Shown here piece after piece: positions 1 through 14,950 of a DNA stretch of 64,000 bases; the stretch's first letter is position 1, and every line of letters begins with the position of its first letter. The translations under genes were made by a program, and so were the position numbers. Source of the stretch: Plasmodiophora brassicae (Eukaryota); assembly GCA_036867785.1 (NCBI GenBank), contig CP145411.1, positions 372,001-436,000 on the forward strand, given 5' to 3'. Below the pieces are notes generated by a model. The model ran no database searches. It saw only the letters and a program-made list of their open reading frames with translations, and was not told the DNA's origin.

Positions 1-3000
1 CCGGGCAAGGCGGGCACGACGTCGTCACATTCGTGCGGTTGTACACGTCGGCGGTGAACGTTCCCAACGGGCACGGCATTGGCAACGTCGTCTTGACAGG
101 ACAGTACCCGGTCGAACATCGAACCGGCAATGTCGCGTTCGCCGGGCAGTAACTCCCAGCGGGACAGTCGATCGGCTGTGGCGAATTCGGTAGGCAGAAC
201 GTGCCACCACTGCATGGGATTGGCCATGCGGAACTCGCTGGACAGTACGACCCGCCAGGGCAGGCGATCTGCGACGGCGACCCTGGCGTGCGAGAGTCAG
301 AGAAACGAACCGTGACAGGGCGTGGGGCCGGCGACCTGGCGGGCAGTACGTCCCCGGCTGACATGACGTGCAATCGCGCGTCATGTCGCATCCGGACGGC
401 AACGAACGATAGGTGCCCCCAGGGCAAGGAACAGGCGCTGGCGTACCCGCTATGAGCGCACGGGAGATCAGCGAACCGGGTCGCACGCGAGGACGACCCT
501 GGGCATACCCGGGCAGACGTATCCCAATGCGCATGGTCGCTGTGTGGGGTCCACCGTCGCGTTCGCACCGCAGAGAGAGCCGCATGCGCATGGCAGGCAG
601 GCCGCGCTTGACGTCGCACCAGGCAGGGCATTGTACGTTCCCGCCGGACAGGGCAGTGGACCCGATTGCATCGGGCAGTAATGTCCTGCGGGACCTATCC
701 GCGTATATCAGTCAGGGGAGGGCCCGTTGTTCCACAGGCGACATACACGGGTACAACGTCGGGTCCCCCGATCGGCAGGTCGACCCAGCTGGACACCTGC
801 ACGACTCTGAGCGATACAATCCCCGCCAACGTGCGCGAGGGAACCAACGGCAGGCAATCGGAAAGGAGACTGGCGCCAGCAGTGCTTCGGTAGGTGTTTG
901 CAGGGCAGGCGGCAGGTGTTACGCCACCCAAGCAGTAATATCCCGGCATGCAAGGCGCACCGCCATCGGTGGACAGGACCAGGGGCGTTGGCGTCGAGCA
1001 TCCCTGTTGTACCGGACGACGGTTACTTCTGCGGTTGCAGAGGAGACAACCGAGCGTTCCCCCTTACGCCGACACAGTAGTACCCGGGAGCGACCGAACC
1101 TCCAATCAGCCCGCCGATACAGAACGACAAGGCCGGGCAAATGTCGCACTCGCTGGCATCCGTCAGGTTCGGTCGAGCACCGTAACGACCCGCAGGACAC
1201 GAGCTGGGTATAACGGCGCCCGCCTACGACGAGCCTCGTTCGGCGACGCCAGCGACATGGATCATGTAAACGATATCGTTACCTGGGCGTACGTCCCAAT
1301 CGGTGCAGGAACGGGCACGATCGCACCCTGCGAACAGGTGCTTCCAGCGGGGCATGGGATGCAGGACCTGCAAATGTACCCGTCAGAACGGCTGACACGT
1401 TCGGTTTTGACTCGATCGCTCCGACGTTGATCCCGGGTCGGGTTGATAGGTCCCTCCAGCGCATGGCACAGCGTTGGCGTTGCCGGATCTCGCACACGAG
1501 TGGCCCTTTGGGCAGACGACCTGCGGAATGGCCGACATGTCAGGAACGAAACGGGTCGGCAGGCACGCATGACCAGCAAACCTGCTGTGGGCTACTGGAT
1601 CCCGCTGGGCAGAAATACCCAGGCTGGCACGAACCCGACACCGCTGTGGCACCGACGCTGCTGCAGAACGACGACGGCGTGCATGCCAGGCAGCTCGTGA
1701 TATCGGACGCGCCGAAATTCGGATTGAACATGCCCACTGGGCAGGCGACCGGGGCCGTTGCTCCCTGGAACGCCCGAACCAGTTCATCCTGTGGAACGAC
1801 GGATCGACGCGATTACCCGACGCACCTGTGGGCAATAGGCACCTCGGGGGCAGAGCGTCGTCGAAGGCGACGAACTTCCCGATGCACAGAAGTGCCCCGG
1901 CGCGCAAGGCCCAGATGGGCTGACCAGGCCGGTACCTATAGGGCCATCCCGAACATTGGTGTCATGTGCAACCGAACCCGGACGACAGCTGACCGTTGCA
2001 ATACTGGCCAGGGTCACAAAGTTGGCAGTCAGTGGCGGCGACTGAACAGGCACAGGTTAACGGTGCCTATCGCGTCGACGCTACGAGGGATAGATACCAA
2101 GGTTGGTCCTGTTCGAGTAGCGCCCTGTGGAGCACGGTTGAGGGTTGATCGTTCCGGGAGGGCCTGGACTACTCGGTTAGCCAAGCGTTGGGCATGCTGT
2201 GATGCTCTTTAAGTGCACGTACAGTACATGCCAGCCGGACATGAAATCACCTGCCCACCGGAGCCATGTTAGGGCGGAACAAGAACGGATGACGATTGCG
2301 ACGAACCGTTGCCCGGCCAGAGTTGGGCGAATAGAATCCGGCCGTACTGACGAGGCATGAATTGCGTCCAGGATCGGGGTTGAACGTCCCAGGCTGACAG
2401 GACTGTGGCGCGAACGCCCCAGGGATACAGTATGTTCCCGCTGGGCATTGGTATCCGCAGCCGGAACCCGGGCTGGACACCTAAGGGGCGAACTCTGATG
2501 TGGGATCCTTCGTCATGACGGGTGGACGACCTCGACCCCACCTTGCATCCGCCGGCACAAACGTACCCTCCATCACATTGGGCGTTGCCCTGCAGAGTGA
2601 TTGCCCCTGTCTGGCTGCAGAATGACCCTGGTCGATAGTTAGGTGACAGGAACAAGGTTCTGTCTGATGTGTCCAATAACCTCTCGGACAGGGCAGGCAC
2701 GAAGACGCGTTCGCGTTTCCGGATCCGGGTGCCAGTGTGCCTGGTCCAAGGTAATTCCAGTGAACACGTAGTGTGATGAGGGGGTTGCACAAACGTTACC
2801 AGCAGCGCAAGCGTTCGGCCAACTGGAGCCCATTGGACCTGTGCAGGTGCTCATTCGGTATCCAGCCGGTCGCGCAAGAGCAATCCGAGCACGTACAGTA
2901 CATTCCAGGAGGGCAGATACCGTTGGCGGGTTGAGCCGTCGTCTGCCCGGATATACAGTAGAACCTAGCTGGACCATCAGATAGGTCTGCGAGTCCAGGA

Positions 3001-6000
3001 AGCTGACAATGCGCACCCTGGAGCACACGGGCCACTCGGCACTTGGAGTCCAGGACGATCACAGTACCTACGTAGGGGGGAGTCGTCAACGTAATCGCCA
3101 AGAATCAACCGACGACGGAGGCATACATTCCAGCGGTGCATGGCAAACATTCAGTAACGTTGCCAAGTGATGTCGCATTGGAGAATGTTCCAGCAGGACA
3201 GGGAGCTGGTGTGGCGGTCATCGCTGCAACACGACGCGTTACTTCTCAGAGGAGACCCTTGTCGCAATGGCCAACCTGGACAGTAGGAACCCGACAAGCA
3301 CGGCTTCGGCTGCACAGTGCCCAGACCGCTGCAATACATTCGCTTGGGGCATGGTTTGCATGCCGACTGTCCTTGCTGGTCTTGGTAGTACCCAGGTTGG
3401 CACAGCACCGGCGACGATGATCCAGTCGGACACGACGCTCCCTGTAGATGCTGTGAGTCGGATGCAAACACAGTGCGTCGCAAAGAGCATACCGATGGGC
3501 AAATAGCCGATGGGTAAATGGTACCCGGAGGGCAGTAGTAATTCGCAACGCATGGCGCCAGGTCCGCCATCGACGACGACGCTTGATTCGGGCAGTAGTA
3601 CCCGCCCAAACAGGGCAGACATGCAGACGAGTTCGTGTTGCCCAACGCTGGCGACCATCTTCCTGAACTGCAGGGGATCGGTGCCACTGTACCGTTCCCT
3701 GGACAATAATGCCCTGCCCAGCAGACGCCCGACGCCGGCGTTGGCGTGGTCGCCCCGCTGGGTGAATAGTAACCCGCCAGGACTAAACCATCGGGAGCTG
3801 CCAACGTAGGCAAGGAGCAGTACCGGCCACCCTACGGTTGCAATTTCAGTCCCGGGGAACACGGTTCGCGTAAGACACCACTGCCTACAGGGCAGACAGT
3901 TGGACCTGTGGATTGCACTGGGCAATAGTTACCAGTGCCACAGTGGTTCCCCGTTACGCCGTCTGTCGGTGTCGAGATGGAGGCGCCACCCGTACAGTAG
4001 TATCCTCCAGAACACGGTCCCGTCGGTTGCGTCAGCCCTGCGAATGCGATGTTATAACGATGTCCCTCTCGTCGCACAGTCGTTGCTGTTGGCCTACCTG
4101 TCCTATTACAGTAGAGCCCAGGCGGGCAGACGCTGCAGGCGTTAGCTGATGCGAGCATTGTCGACCCACCGTACGTCGACACAGGGCACGGGAACTGTGC
4201 CCCTGTCGCCGTACCGTTCGGGCAGTCTACCAAATCCGGTCAACAACAGCAGGCTCCGGGATCTCCCCTACGAAACATACAGAATCCTCTGTCGCGCGTG
4301 TCAACTTATCGTATCGCATTGCAATGCTCACACGTACAGTGGGCAAGGCGACGGCGAGGTCGTGTTTCCAGGGCAGAAGAATCCGGCAGGGCAATTTAGA
4401 CAAGAGGATGACCCCTGGTTCGGCTGGTACGCCCCTTGCGGGCAGGGTCGTGGGATAGCGGAACCCGGAGGACAGAATGACGCAACTGGGCATTTGCCTA
4501 GCGACCACGATCAATGGAGACGGACGAATGCTCCAGTGCAACTTCCTGACAGACCTGCATTCGGAGATGGCACGACGGAACCCGCGGGACAGAAGTATCC
4601 TGCTTGACAAGGTCCAGAAACAACGGCAAGCCCTACTGTACCACAATAACTTCCAGCCGTACAATTCAGGCAGTTCTGCAGGGCCACGTTGCCATACGCT
4701 GGGGAATACGTTCCAGTCGGGCAAGGCGTTGGCACTGACCCCAGACAGCAACAATCAGGAAGCTGGACAGACACTTGCGAATGACAATTCAACCTGATGA
4801 ATTCGCCGGGCAGTATGATCCTGCAGGGCAGACGGATTCATTATAGGCCGAGGTGCCGCCAAACTGGTTGACAGATCCTTGGACACAGTAGTACCCTGAC
4901 GACGACGGAATCATGACAAGGAGCATGTGTGTTCGATCGGTCAGCAAACCTTGCCGGCATCGCCCGCCGGGTCCTGTCGTGCCAGACGAGGGGCAGAACC
5001 ACCCTGGTGGGCAGGGTGTGCACTGCGAGACGGAGGACAGGCCGGTCCGGTTCGAATAGGTTCCCGCAGGACACAAGGGCGGCGATGCCGCCGTCTGCAG
5101 CGGGCAGTATGCCCCCGCTGGACATACGGTTGCGTTGGACGCCACCGCTTGGCAGAAATAGCCTGCGCGGACACGATCTGAATGCCCGACGAGTGACGAA
5201 ACAGACACGAAACGGTCCATACCAGATGGGCAGTCGTCGCATTGTGCCTGACCAACATCGCGCGCGTATCGTCCAGCGATACACGGAGACGGGTTCGCGT
5301 TCGAACCGAACGGGCACGAATGACCAACCGGACAAGTCCCGAAGCCGGGACCGGTAGGCGACGGGTTCGGCGACATTGCACCTGCAGGTCCCCGACGTCA
5401 GCACGCCATGGGGTCAAACAGACGAGACCGTTCCGAACCCGCCAAGCTCCAGTATCCACCGAGGATCGGACCTGAGGGGCTGGAAAGCCCTGTTGAATTG
5501 CAGAACATCATGGCCGGGCACGACTGGCAATCGTGTACGCTGGTGCCGAGCAGGTTCGACCGGAACGTTCCCACTGGACAAGGAATGGGCTTGGCAATCC
5601 CGGATGGGCAATAGAATCCTGGAGGGCATTGCTGCCCGAAGGCCTCCACCGTAGGCTGGGCAACTAGACGGGCCATTAGTTGTTTCCACGATGCAGCCGG
5701 TGACGCCTACCCACCAGTTGCGTTCCCATAGCAAACATAGCCGGCCGTACAGTTGCCAGTCGGTCTCGTTATCCCTGTAGCAAAGTTAGTGAAGATCGCG
5801 GCAGGTAGAGCTCCCCTTGGCTCATCGTACCATTCGTGATGCAGTATTGCCCAGGTGGGCATGGATTGCAGTCCTGTGAACGCTGGAGCGTTGTCGATGA
5901 CGAGTACCGCCCCGTCGGACACGGTTGAGGACTTGAGTCGCCCTGCGCGTTGCCGACGGTCGGTGCGAACGTCAAACGGTACTCAGCAACCCAGCTCTTA

Positions 6001-9000
6001 CCGCGGGGCACCAGGACCCAGCTGTGCAATTAAGCGGGACCGCCGTTCCAAACCCAGGACAGTAAAACGACGCAGGACAGGTCATGCAGGATGTCGCGTT
6101 AGCGCTGCCTTGGTACGTTCCGGGGGCGCATGGCGTCGGCGACGAGGCTCCTGATGTTGCGAAATATCCTGGCAGGGCACTCTGCTGTCGGGGAGACCAG
6201 GCCGACCCTGGACAGTAGAATCCGGCTTGACACAGGCCTGTGGGCTGTACAGCGCCCTGGGTGCTGCAGTACATGGAAGGAGGGCAGGGCAGGCACTGGG
6301 AGACCCGCGACAGACCGGTGGAGTTCGAATATGTTCCCACCGGGCAAGGTGTCCCTGTCCAGGAACCTAGAGGACACTGCAGGTACTCGATCAGATGTAA
6401 CGAACGTTGATCGGAACGCTAAACACGGTTGCTTACGTAGTTGCCAACGGGGCATAGGACGGCGGTTGCTGAAGCCGACCCCGATGGGCAAAGATATCCT
6501 TCCGAGCAAGGCCCGCGCGGCACCACCATGGCGACGCCGTCGCAGTAAAACCTGATGAACGCTTCAGCGCCTGAGGAAATGGGTGCACTGTGACCCATCA
6601 CCCTTGGTCGCATGCAATGCATTGCATCAGGCCCGGTGTGTTCCCGTACGATCCTGGAGGGCATGGCGTCGGGAAGGACGACCCCGAGGGGCACGTATAT
6701 CCACGAGGACACGCCACTGGCATCGTCGAGGCAACGGGGCAATAATACCGCAAGGGGCACGTGAAACAGTCTGAAAGGGCGCCCGCACCCGTGATGTTCC
6801 TGAAGGACCCCGACGGGCACCCCGCGGCTCGGGATCCAGTGGACCCAGCTGGGCAGTAATACCCAGTTGAGCAAGAACCTAGTAAACTCGTCGTCAGCGG
6901 TCGGGATGATCGCGAGGGCCTCGCAAGTGTCGAACCGGTTACGTTCACGGAGCCCAGTAGACAGTACGACCCAGGTTGGCATGTCGAGCAATCTGAAAGT
7001 TGTTTCCCTCCACTGAGTGTCCGGTACCTGCCGGCTGGGCAGGCAACTGGAGCCGATGTTCCGCGAGGACAGTACGACCCAGCAGGGCACGGATTCGTCG
7101 AGATCGTCAGGTTGGACGCGACGCCACCTGGGCACCAAACCCCAGGAGAGCACGCTTGCGCAGCGTACATGGTCGATGATCCCGTCCCTTGCGTGCACCA
7201 GTACCCAGCGGGGCAGGGCGAGCATGTCGCCTGCCCTGATGCACTGAATTTGCCTGCTGGACATGGTGCCGGAGACACTGTTCCTGGCGAGGAGCACTGC
7301 TGCCCCTCCGGACACGACCAGCACGACACCATGCTTGTCGTGTTGGCAAATGTCCCTGCAGGACACGGTACGGGCTGGACAGTCGCAGGCGTAGGGCACA
7401 TGTGCCCAAGCGAGCACTGCCTGCAATCGGCAGGAACCGTGCTGGCATTCGTGAAGGGATTGTACGTTCCAGCCGGGCACGGGAACTGGTCCGGATAGCT
7501 CGTCGAGCCCATTGGGCATACGTATCCTGGGAGGCAAGTCCCCGACACCTGTCCCATTCCTCCTGCACACCAGCTACCAGCGGGACAGGCACGGCACTGG
7601 GACACCGACGTCAGGTTGGTCATCGGACCGTACGACCCTCTGGGGCACGGATTCTCGAGCGGGTATGCTGCACTGATCGTTAGAACCAATCAGCCCAAAG
7701 TGTCACCTGCACAGACCCGTTCCAGATGGGCAGTAATGGCCCAAAGCGCATGGCTGTCCGGCGTCCCGTCAGTACAAATATATGTTGCCGGGATCAGTGT
7801 CCAACGTACGAGCGGTGGTTGATAGGTTCCCCCGGTCCCGATTGGGCACGCCCATCCAGATGGACAAGGCAGGCAGTCGCTGACCTTGGTCGCCGATGTC
7901 GAATCCGTGTACGTCCCTGGTGGGCACGGATACTGATTATACGTGATTGTCGAATTTGGGCAACTGGGGGAAACGAGAAGCGGCGTCAACACTACCGCCA
8001 CCAACGGCTGCAACGCACTCACAAGTGTCCTACAGACACAAGCAAACAGTCGGTACAGATGATCATACGCAGCAGATTCAGAGAGGCGACCTTGAGCACA
8101 GGGTGTCAAAGACGACGTCCCGTTGAGCCCTGTGGTGGAACACGCATATCCTATTGTGCCCAGGTTGGGATACGCTTGCAGCATGGCAAAGGGGTGCCAC
8201 CAAACCTGCCGGGCAAGGAATGCAGCTGGCAAGAGAAACACCACCTGGACGCGGATTGTACGTTCCCTGGAGGCACGCCCGTTCAAACCATTGCAATGTC
8301 GGCAAATGTCGGCAGCAGGCAACCGTGGGGCAGAACGTGAATGACGTCGATCCTTCGATACAGTACGACCCAGCTGGACCTGCGCCCATGATCTCGTCAG
8401 CACCTTATCGTCTGCTGCAAACGGTTCCCGATTGCCGACAGGCAGTGCAATCCGTCGCGTTCCGATTGCCGTACTGAGCAGAGTAGCGTCCTGTGTATGG
8501 GGGTTTACATACACTCGAGTGGGAGTCGAAATCGGTGTGCGCTGACCTGCCGGACACAAGTACTCATTGCTGATTCTCGTTCCCGCAGGACAGTACGATC
8601 CTAGTTGCCGAGCGTTAGACGGCACATGGAGCGCGCGGCCACATCGCCGCTAATGCGATACCAGGTGGGCAGGTGTTGTTATACGATCCATCAAACGCCT
8701 GCAAGCAGTACGATCCCGCAGGGCAGAGAATGCAATCGTTCAGGCTGCCCTTTATCGGGGTCGTATTGGGAACATACCGACCCGCTACAATGCTCAAATT
8801 AGATCGCCGGTATCGGCTGAGCAGCAATGAACGCTTACCAGGACACGGCAGAGGATTGCTCGTTGCGCTCCCTGCTGGGCACACGTAACCGTTGGCGCAA
8901 AGCAACGTAGGCACAATCGTCGGCACATTCGAAGAGGGGCAATAATATCCGGCCGGGCCTGTAATGCAGTGATGAATCGCTCCGGGATCGTCGGTTGCAC

Positions 9001-12000
9001 TGGAAGGGGCGTACAAGGTTGACAGGATTCTGCCTGGGAGCGGCCACCCGTTATGTTGCCGTACGTGCCTGCTGGGCAAGCGTTTCCGGGACCCAACGCG
9101 GTGATCCCAGGTGTACACCAGTACCTGGGCTCGACTCAGAGTCAGCAATAGCGTTTGAGAATGAGTTCCGTTCACCCTTTGGGGCACAGAGCAGCTTGTG
9201 GCGTCGTCGACCCAGTGCTAGCGCAGAACCATCCTGCAGAACACGACGAGCACTGCAACATGCCGGCAGATGACCAGGCTCCCGCGGCACACGGCTGAGG
9301 CGGGGACGATGCAGATGCGCAGCTGCTTCCAGCAGGGCATATCGTGCATTGCACAGCGGCTCTAAACAGGGGCGCTGTCAACGGGAAACGTGATAGCGCA
9401 TCGTTCCTGAGAACGGACCCTAAACTGTAATATCCTGGCAAGCAGGCGACAGGAAGGAGCGTCGTGGAATTTGAGTACGTCCCGGGCGGCGCGACCGTGC
9501 AAGTATCCAAAGCGTGACCTGAACGTAGGTGATTCCCAACCGATACTCTTTGCGAATGTGAAACAATACGAACCTGGTGCAGCGTACGTGCCTGGTGAAC
9601 ATGGTACGGCCAACGACGACGTTCGTGTGCTGCATGTATAACCGGGGGCACATCTGGTACAGTTGGTCTGGTTCCCAAACGAGAACGTGTTCGGCGCACA
9701 CGGGATCACTACAGACGAATGGGTGAACATTGTTTGAACCCAGGCGTTAGAATGGGGTACCGGTCGCGGACGTAGTATAAGGGCATGCGAATCCGGCGGG
9801 GCAGGTCGTACACGATGTGGAATCCTGACGAATCCGTGAGAACGAGAACGAGCCGTACGAATCTTTCCGTACCTGAATCGAGTAGGATCCCGGCGAACAA
9901 ACTTTGTATGAAGACGATGTCGGGTCAGGGCAGGCGGTTCCAGGGCTGCAACTCGTACAGGCACTGCTTCCACCAGTTGACCACCTTCCTGTCGGGCATG
10001 GAGACCCGTTAGAGGCCGTCGTAGGACACTGTCGCCCAGGAGCGCAATCGGTACAATTCGCCTGCACATAACAGTCAGCACCAGCCGACAGCACAACCGT
10101 ATCGGGGGTCGAGAAGACCTGTCCTCCAAACGAGTATTTGCCGAGTGGACAAGGGATTTGAATGTTAGCGTCCGTGAACGGGCAATAGTACCCAGCTGGA
10201 CACAAACTGTCAGATCGCAATGGCGGGAGAATGCACCTGATCAACGACCAGGGCAGGTTGTGCAGTTTGCTGCGTCTCCAACACTGAATGTCCCTGGCTG
10301 ACAAGCCTTAATCGAGGCGGCGCTTGTAAGGCTGGGACACGCCGATCCTGGAAGAGCACATGGATTAGCCAGATGTGCCATAGACAGAGGGAACGTATAA
10401 TCAACCAATGGAACAGTCGGTGCAGGCGACCTGATTCCCCACTGAGAACCTGCCGGCAGAACACTGGACGGGTGCAAGATCTGGCTCCGTGCATTGCTAA
10501 ACACGCGGTAGCATGGGCATCAGGTGGTTATACTGGATGACGAACTCGTACAAAGCCAGCAGGACAGGGTGTACATGACGTAGCCGATCCCAAACTATAG
10601 GTCCCGGGCGGGCAAACAGATGAACTGTTGGTCGTTGGGCAGAACATTCCCGCCGGACCTGCAGCAAGCGCATCACCACCTCATGTCTAGGCATGTTTCT
10701 GTGCAAACAGCACTGACAATTTGTACACGTCGTGCTCATCGCCGCAGAATACTGCCCAGGGGTACCTAGCAGGTCGTCAGGCATTTACACGGCGCCGTTC
10801 GACAGATGTGCCGTACAAGGCACGGGAAGAGTGCTGGTCGACGGGCAACGATACCCTGGCGGGCAGACCGTGCAAACCGTCGCAAGTCCCAAAGAGTACG
10901 TTCCGGCTGGGCACTGAATCGGGGACAGCGCCGCCGACAGGGTGGCGAATCCCGCGGGCGCAGCCGTACAGTTCGTTGAACCGGGCACCGACGCATAGTA
11001 ACCAGCTGTGAACGCAAACGAATCAGCTCCCTGAAGCACCTCTGCCATCTGCGCCAAACCAACGAGCGCAAGCTGTGCACGTCTGGGCGTAGACACCGCC
11101 AATCGAGTATCGGCCAGCTGAACGACCACAAGTCAGTTAGGTGTGGCTGCGACTGGGACGATGCTTCTAAGAACCGACTCGGGCAGAGCACGGCCACTGT
11201 CGCATTACAATAGGATCCTGCTGGACCTACATAGCCACGAGCGTCAGAGCCATGCCATGCAGGAGACAATCAAAGTAGGATACATGTGATGCATGACGTC
11301 GACCCGTTCGTCGGTTGGTACCTGCCAAGTGCGCATGGGGTGCACGCCGTCGCTAGCCCCAGACTGAACGTTCCTGCCGGGCACGGAACCGCTGGTGAAG
11401 CGATCGACGGCGCCATGTATCCTGGTGGCGTTGCCGAACAATTGCTCGAGGTGCCGTACCCCAGCGAGTAATACCCGGCCGTACAATTCACACAGGATAG
11501 GCTTCTTTGGAACTGTCCAGGGCTGCACTGGAAGACGAAGGCGACCGAAGACGAACTGGCTCCGTTCGCTGTACTGCTCACAGCGACAGTGCCAATACCT
11601 GGGGCGCTTACCGCCGGCGACGTACAGGTCACCACCGACGAGTTCACGAACGACACGCTCGCGCAAGACGCACCGCCGATCGTAACGGACACGATGTCGG
11701 CTTGGTTCTGAGCGAGGTTACTCCCGATGATGGTGACTGTTGCGCCACCGGCCCGGGGGATGGAGATCGGTGAGACCGATGTGACCGCAGGCGGGGCACT
11801 GTACCGGAAGGTACCGTTGGTTGCGGATGTGCCACCCAGGAGCGTCTGCACGTGAACAGTAACAGTCCCAGGGGCTGATGTGGCAGGGGGACGACACGTG
11901 ACCCGTCTCGATGAGACCCAGACCACGTTTGCACACGACATCATGCCACAGACGCCACCGGCCATGGTGACGTTGACCAGATCAGACGCGCTGTTACCAA

Positions 12001-12868
12001 GCCAGGACCCAGTTATCGTGATGGTCGTCGTTCCAGTCAACGGACCGCTAGCGGGCGATATCGAATTAATGATCGGCATCAAGTTCGCACGGAACGATCC
12101 TGTCGCGACGGACGACACCGATCCCGAACCCGTCGACGACGTTCGCGCGGCGTTGCGAATGGGGCCGACAACGTTGAACTTGAGCGTACCGGGAGATGGT
12201 GGGGCCGATCCCGACACATTCGCGATTGTAATCGTCAGGATGGAATCCGTTGTCCACGTCGAATTGTACGCCTGGCCAAGCGCTTGGCTGGCGCGTACCA
12301 GCGCGTTCGTCGTGGTCGTGTTCATCATCATGGACCCGGCACCTGCACGATCCGTATCACGATCGAATGTGATAACGATCTGGGATCCAGGCGCGTATGT
12401 CGTTTGTCCAGGTGCGGCGACGCAGACGACAGAGGAGATTGTCGGCGCCGTCGAGAACGACCCGTTTAGCACGGGAGATAGTGAGGGCGATACAGAGCCA
12501 CCGAAAGGATTGCCGTTGATTGTCGCAGTGCAAACGCCGATCTGTGGTGGAGTCGCCGTCGAGGCATTCACGATAGTGACGAGCAGGACGGATGGAGACG
12601 TCCAGAACCCAGTATAAGATGCGCCGAGAGATTGGGAGAACGTCACGATGGCATCAACTTGCGAACGACTCGTAAGCGCATCCGATCCGTTCGCCTTGTT
12701 CGTTGCAGCGCTGAACGAGATCTCGATGGAATCCCCAGCGGCATACGAATCCAGAACGGCCGTGTTCAAGGCGGTCAACGACACGATTGATAGCGGCGGG
12801 GACGACCAGGCGACGCCGATAGAGCACGCTACTAGGACTGGCCAGGTCAGCGCCGCATGTCGACCCAT
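1..12868 (-). CDS. Giant secreted/surface Cys-rich protein, paralog A: signal peptide, 2 unassigned ~115-aa domains, 2 IPT/TIG domains, then many GCC2/GCC3 (ephrin-receptor-like) repeats; multi-exon, runs off window start
   Basis: Exon 1 is within ORF 11270..12868 (MGRHAALTWPVLVACSIGVAWS.., PIINSISPASGPLTGTTTITITG, PAVTSVSPISIPRAGGATVTIIG). CPAGxYCP / CxxCxxG motifs continue in shifting frames, separated by ~55-nt GT-AG introns, down to position 1. Confidence 0.9.
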
Positions 12869-13033
12869 CGAACGAACCGCACAGAGCGAGGGTGAAGGCC
12901 CCGCCAGGTGGTTTCCGGTCTCTGAACAGGGCTGCCTTGGCTGTGAACAGATACCGTTGTCCAGACCGACGAGAACTGTGCATCGTCGACCGGCAAGGAA
13001 TCGCCAGTTCCGGTACCTCGTCGACGCCGATGG

Positions 13034-14522
13034 TCATTTCAAAGGTTTATTCGAGCGTCTCGAAATGTAAAACGCGCCTTGTTGAACTGCGCGCGTGTGC
13101 TTTAGGATGAGCGGCTCCAAAGGGTGGCCAAACGCAACGAGGTCGCTCAGGTAGGCGACAAGGTCTTCGTATGCCCATTTCTGCTTCAGGGAGAACAGAG
13201 CTTCGAAACGCTTCGCAGGATCCGAGGGCAACGATTCTATTGGAACGTACCTGAAACGCAGCCGTTCAGTACACGAAGATTAAAGGTTGACGATGAACCG
13301 TACATGACGGTCCGCGAACGAACAGACTCGTCTATTAATGCAACGCCCTGCACGATAACGACAAAGCTCAGACCTACGTTATACCCTGAACGTGACTGGT
13401 CTTACTCGAAGCATATCGGTTTCGGGTGTCATCAATCCGGGAGCTTCCAGCTGCCATCTGGTCATGAACGCCTCAAACGGCACCTTCTAGCAGTGAACGA
13501 GCGCGTTAGGCAACCTAACTGAAGTGACAGAATGAGAGGCACGGTAACCTGACAGGTTCTTCCAGCAGTATTCGAATAGCGACCTGTCGACAAACAGCCG
13601 ACTCGTCAAGCTTCGCATCACGGTCGTAATTCTTTCCGACCGAGAACACGCGAACAATGTGCTTGATCAGTAATTCGGGGAAATCGCCCTGAAGCCTGGC
13701 GACACACAGCCAACGTTAACGGGTCGGCATCGCGGAAACCCATACGGTGGAAACGAACTCATGGACAACTTCGTCCACAGGCAGCCTGTCCAGTTGAAAC
13801 CCACATGACAGCGCAACGTCTAGGACGTTACTGAGTGCTCTGTTGACCAACTCGACCGACAGCGAAAACCATCGTCCTGGAAATTCTGGCGGTAAGGAGA
13901 GAGGCTATACAATCTCAACGTGCAAGCCGAACCTCGAATCTCGATCGCATCCATCAAATCAAGCGCTGTCTCGATCTGGGCATCGCTCGCCTGCACACAG
14001 TCCGCGAGTTCGTCGAATCGCAAACCGGCCCCATCCATGTCGTCGAAGAACAGCGGTAGATCGTTTACCCCTGTGACGTTGGGGGATCCATAAGTACGGG
14101 CGCATTGCTCCAAACGTGCAACCGTTACCGATCTCATGTTCCCTCAGCAACGACCGTACTCGTGCAAGGTCGGGCACAGTCTCAATCATCTCGTAGTGAC
14201 AGCCGAGGACAGAATGCACACCAAGCGTATGCGCGTCCGCAGACGGTCGTACCAGCAGTACCGTATTTGACGTTTCGACGAGGTTGACAGCGTACCTGCA
14301 CCCAGATACTATCAGCACCCGTCCCAGCCAGCCCACCAGACACGACGGGGTCGCAAACGTTTTCCGATCGGTGACGATGACGACGTTGTCATCCAAGGAG
14401 CCGCGCATAACCAAGGGACGGGATTCCGCTTCGAGTGCATCGGCAAGGTCGCCGGGCAGCTCGATCAGCTTGACAGCGTCGCGCTGGAAGCCTTCCTCGA
14501 ACACGATCGGGACGGCGGACAT
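13034..14522 (-). CDS. DCC1: Sister chromatid cohesion protein Dcc1 (Ctf18-RFC subunit), multi-exon
   Basis: KLIELP..LVMRGSLDDNVVIVTDRKT/YAVNLVETSNTVLL, VQASDAQIETAL and C-terminal PSDPAKRFEALFSLKQKWAYEDLVAYLSDL match Dcc1 family motifs; ATG at 14522. Confidence 0.88.
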
Positions 14523-14950
14523 TGCCCAAAACACCGCCGCGAAGCCGGCCAGCTCCAGCACCTGGCTGGGCGCCCTGGACCAGGTGTTCATACATGTGCA
14601 GTACGCGTCGTGGTATACGTCTGAAAGTGACATGACGAGGACGTACACGAACCTACATAGCGTGTAGCGAAAGGTGTCGTCCACGGCCTGGCGGTAATCG
14701 ATGCTTAGGAGCCAGACCTCGAAAGCGTTCTCCCAGGTGCGCCGAAGACAGCCCCCACGCCACTTTCGACGTCATCTGCGATGCGGTGGCCCCGGGCGGG
14801 CGGCTTCGAGGAGTCTGCTGCACCGCACATGGATGGTACCGTCGAGGCCACGAGGCCGCCTGTGACTGTGAACGCAGGCGACGAGGCATTCTTTCGCGGC
14901 TCGCTACACAGCTGCGCTGCTCGCGGCGGCTTGGTGCAGAGCCCGGCGTC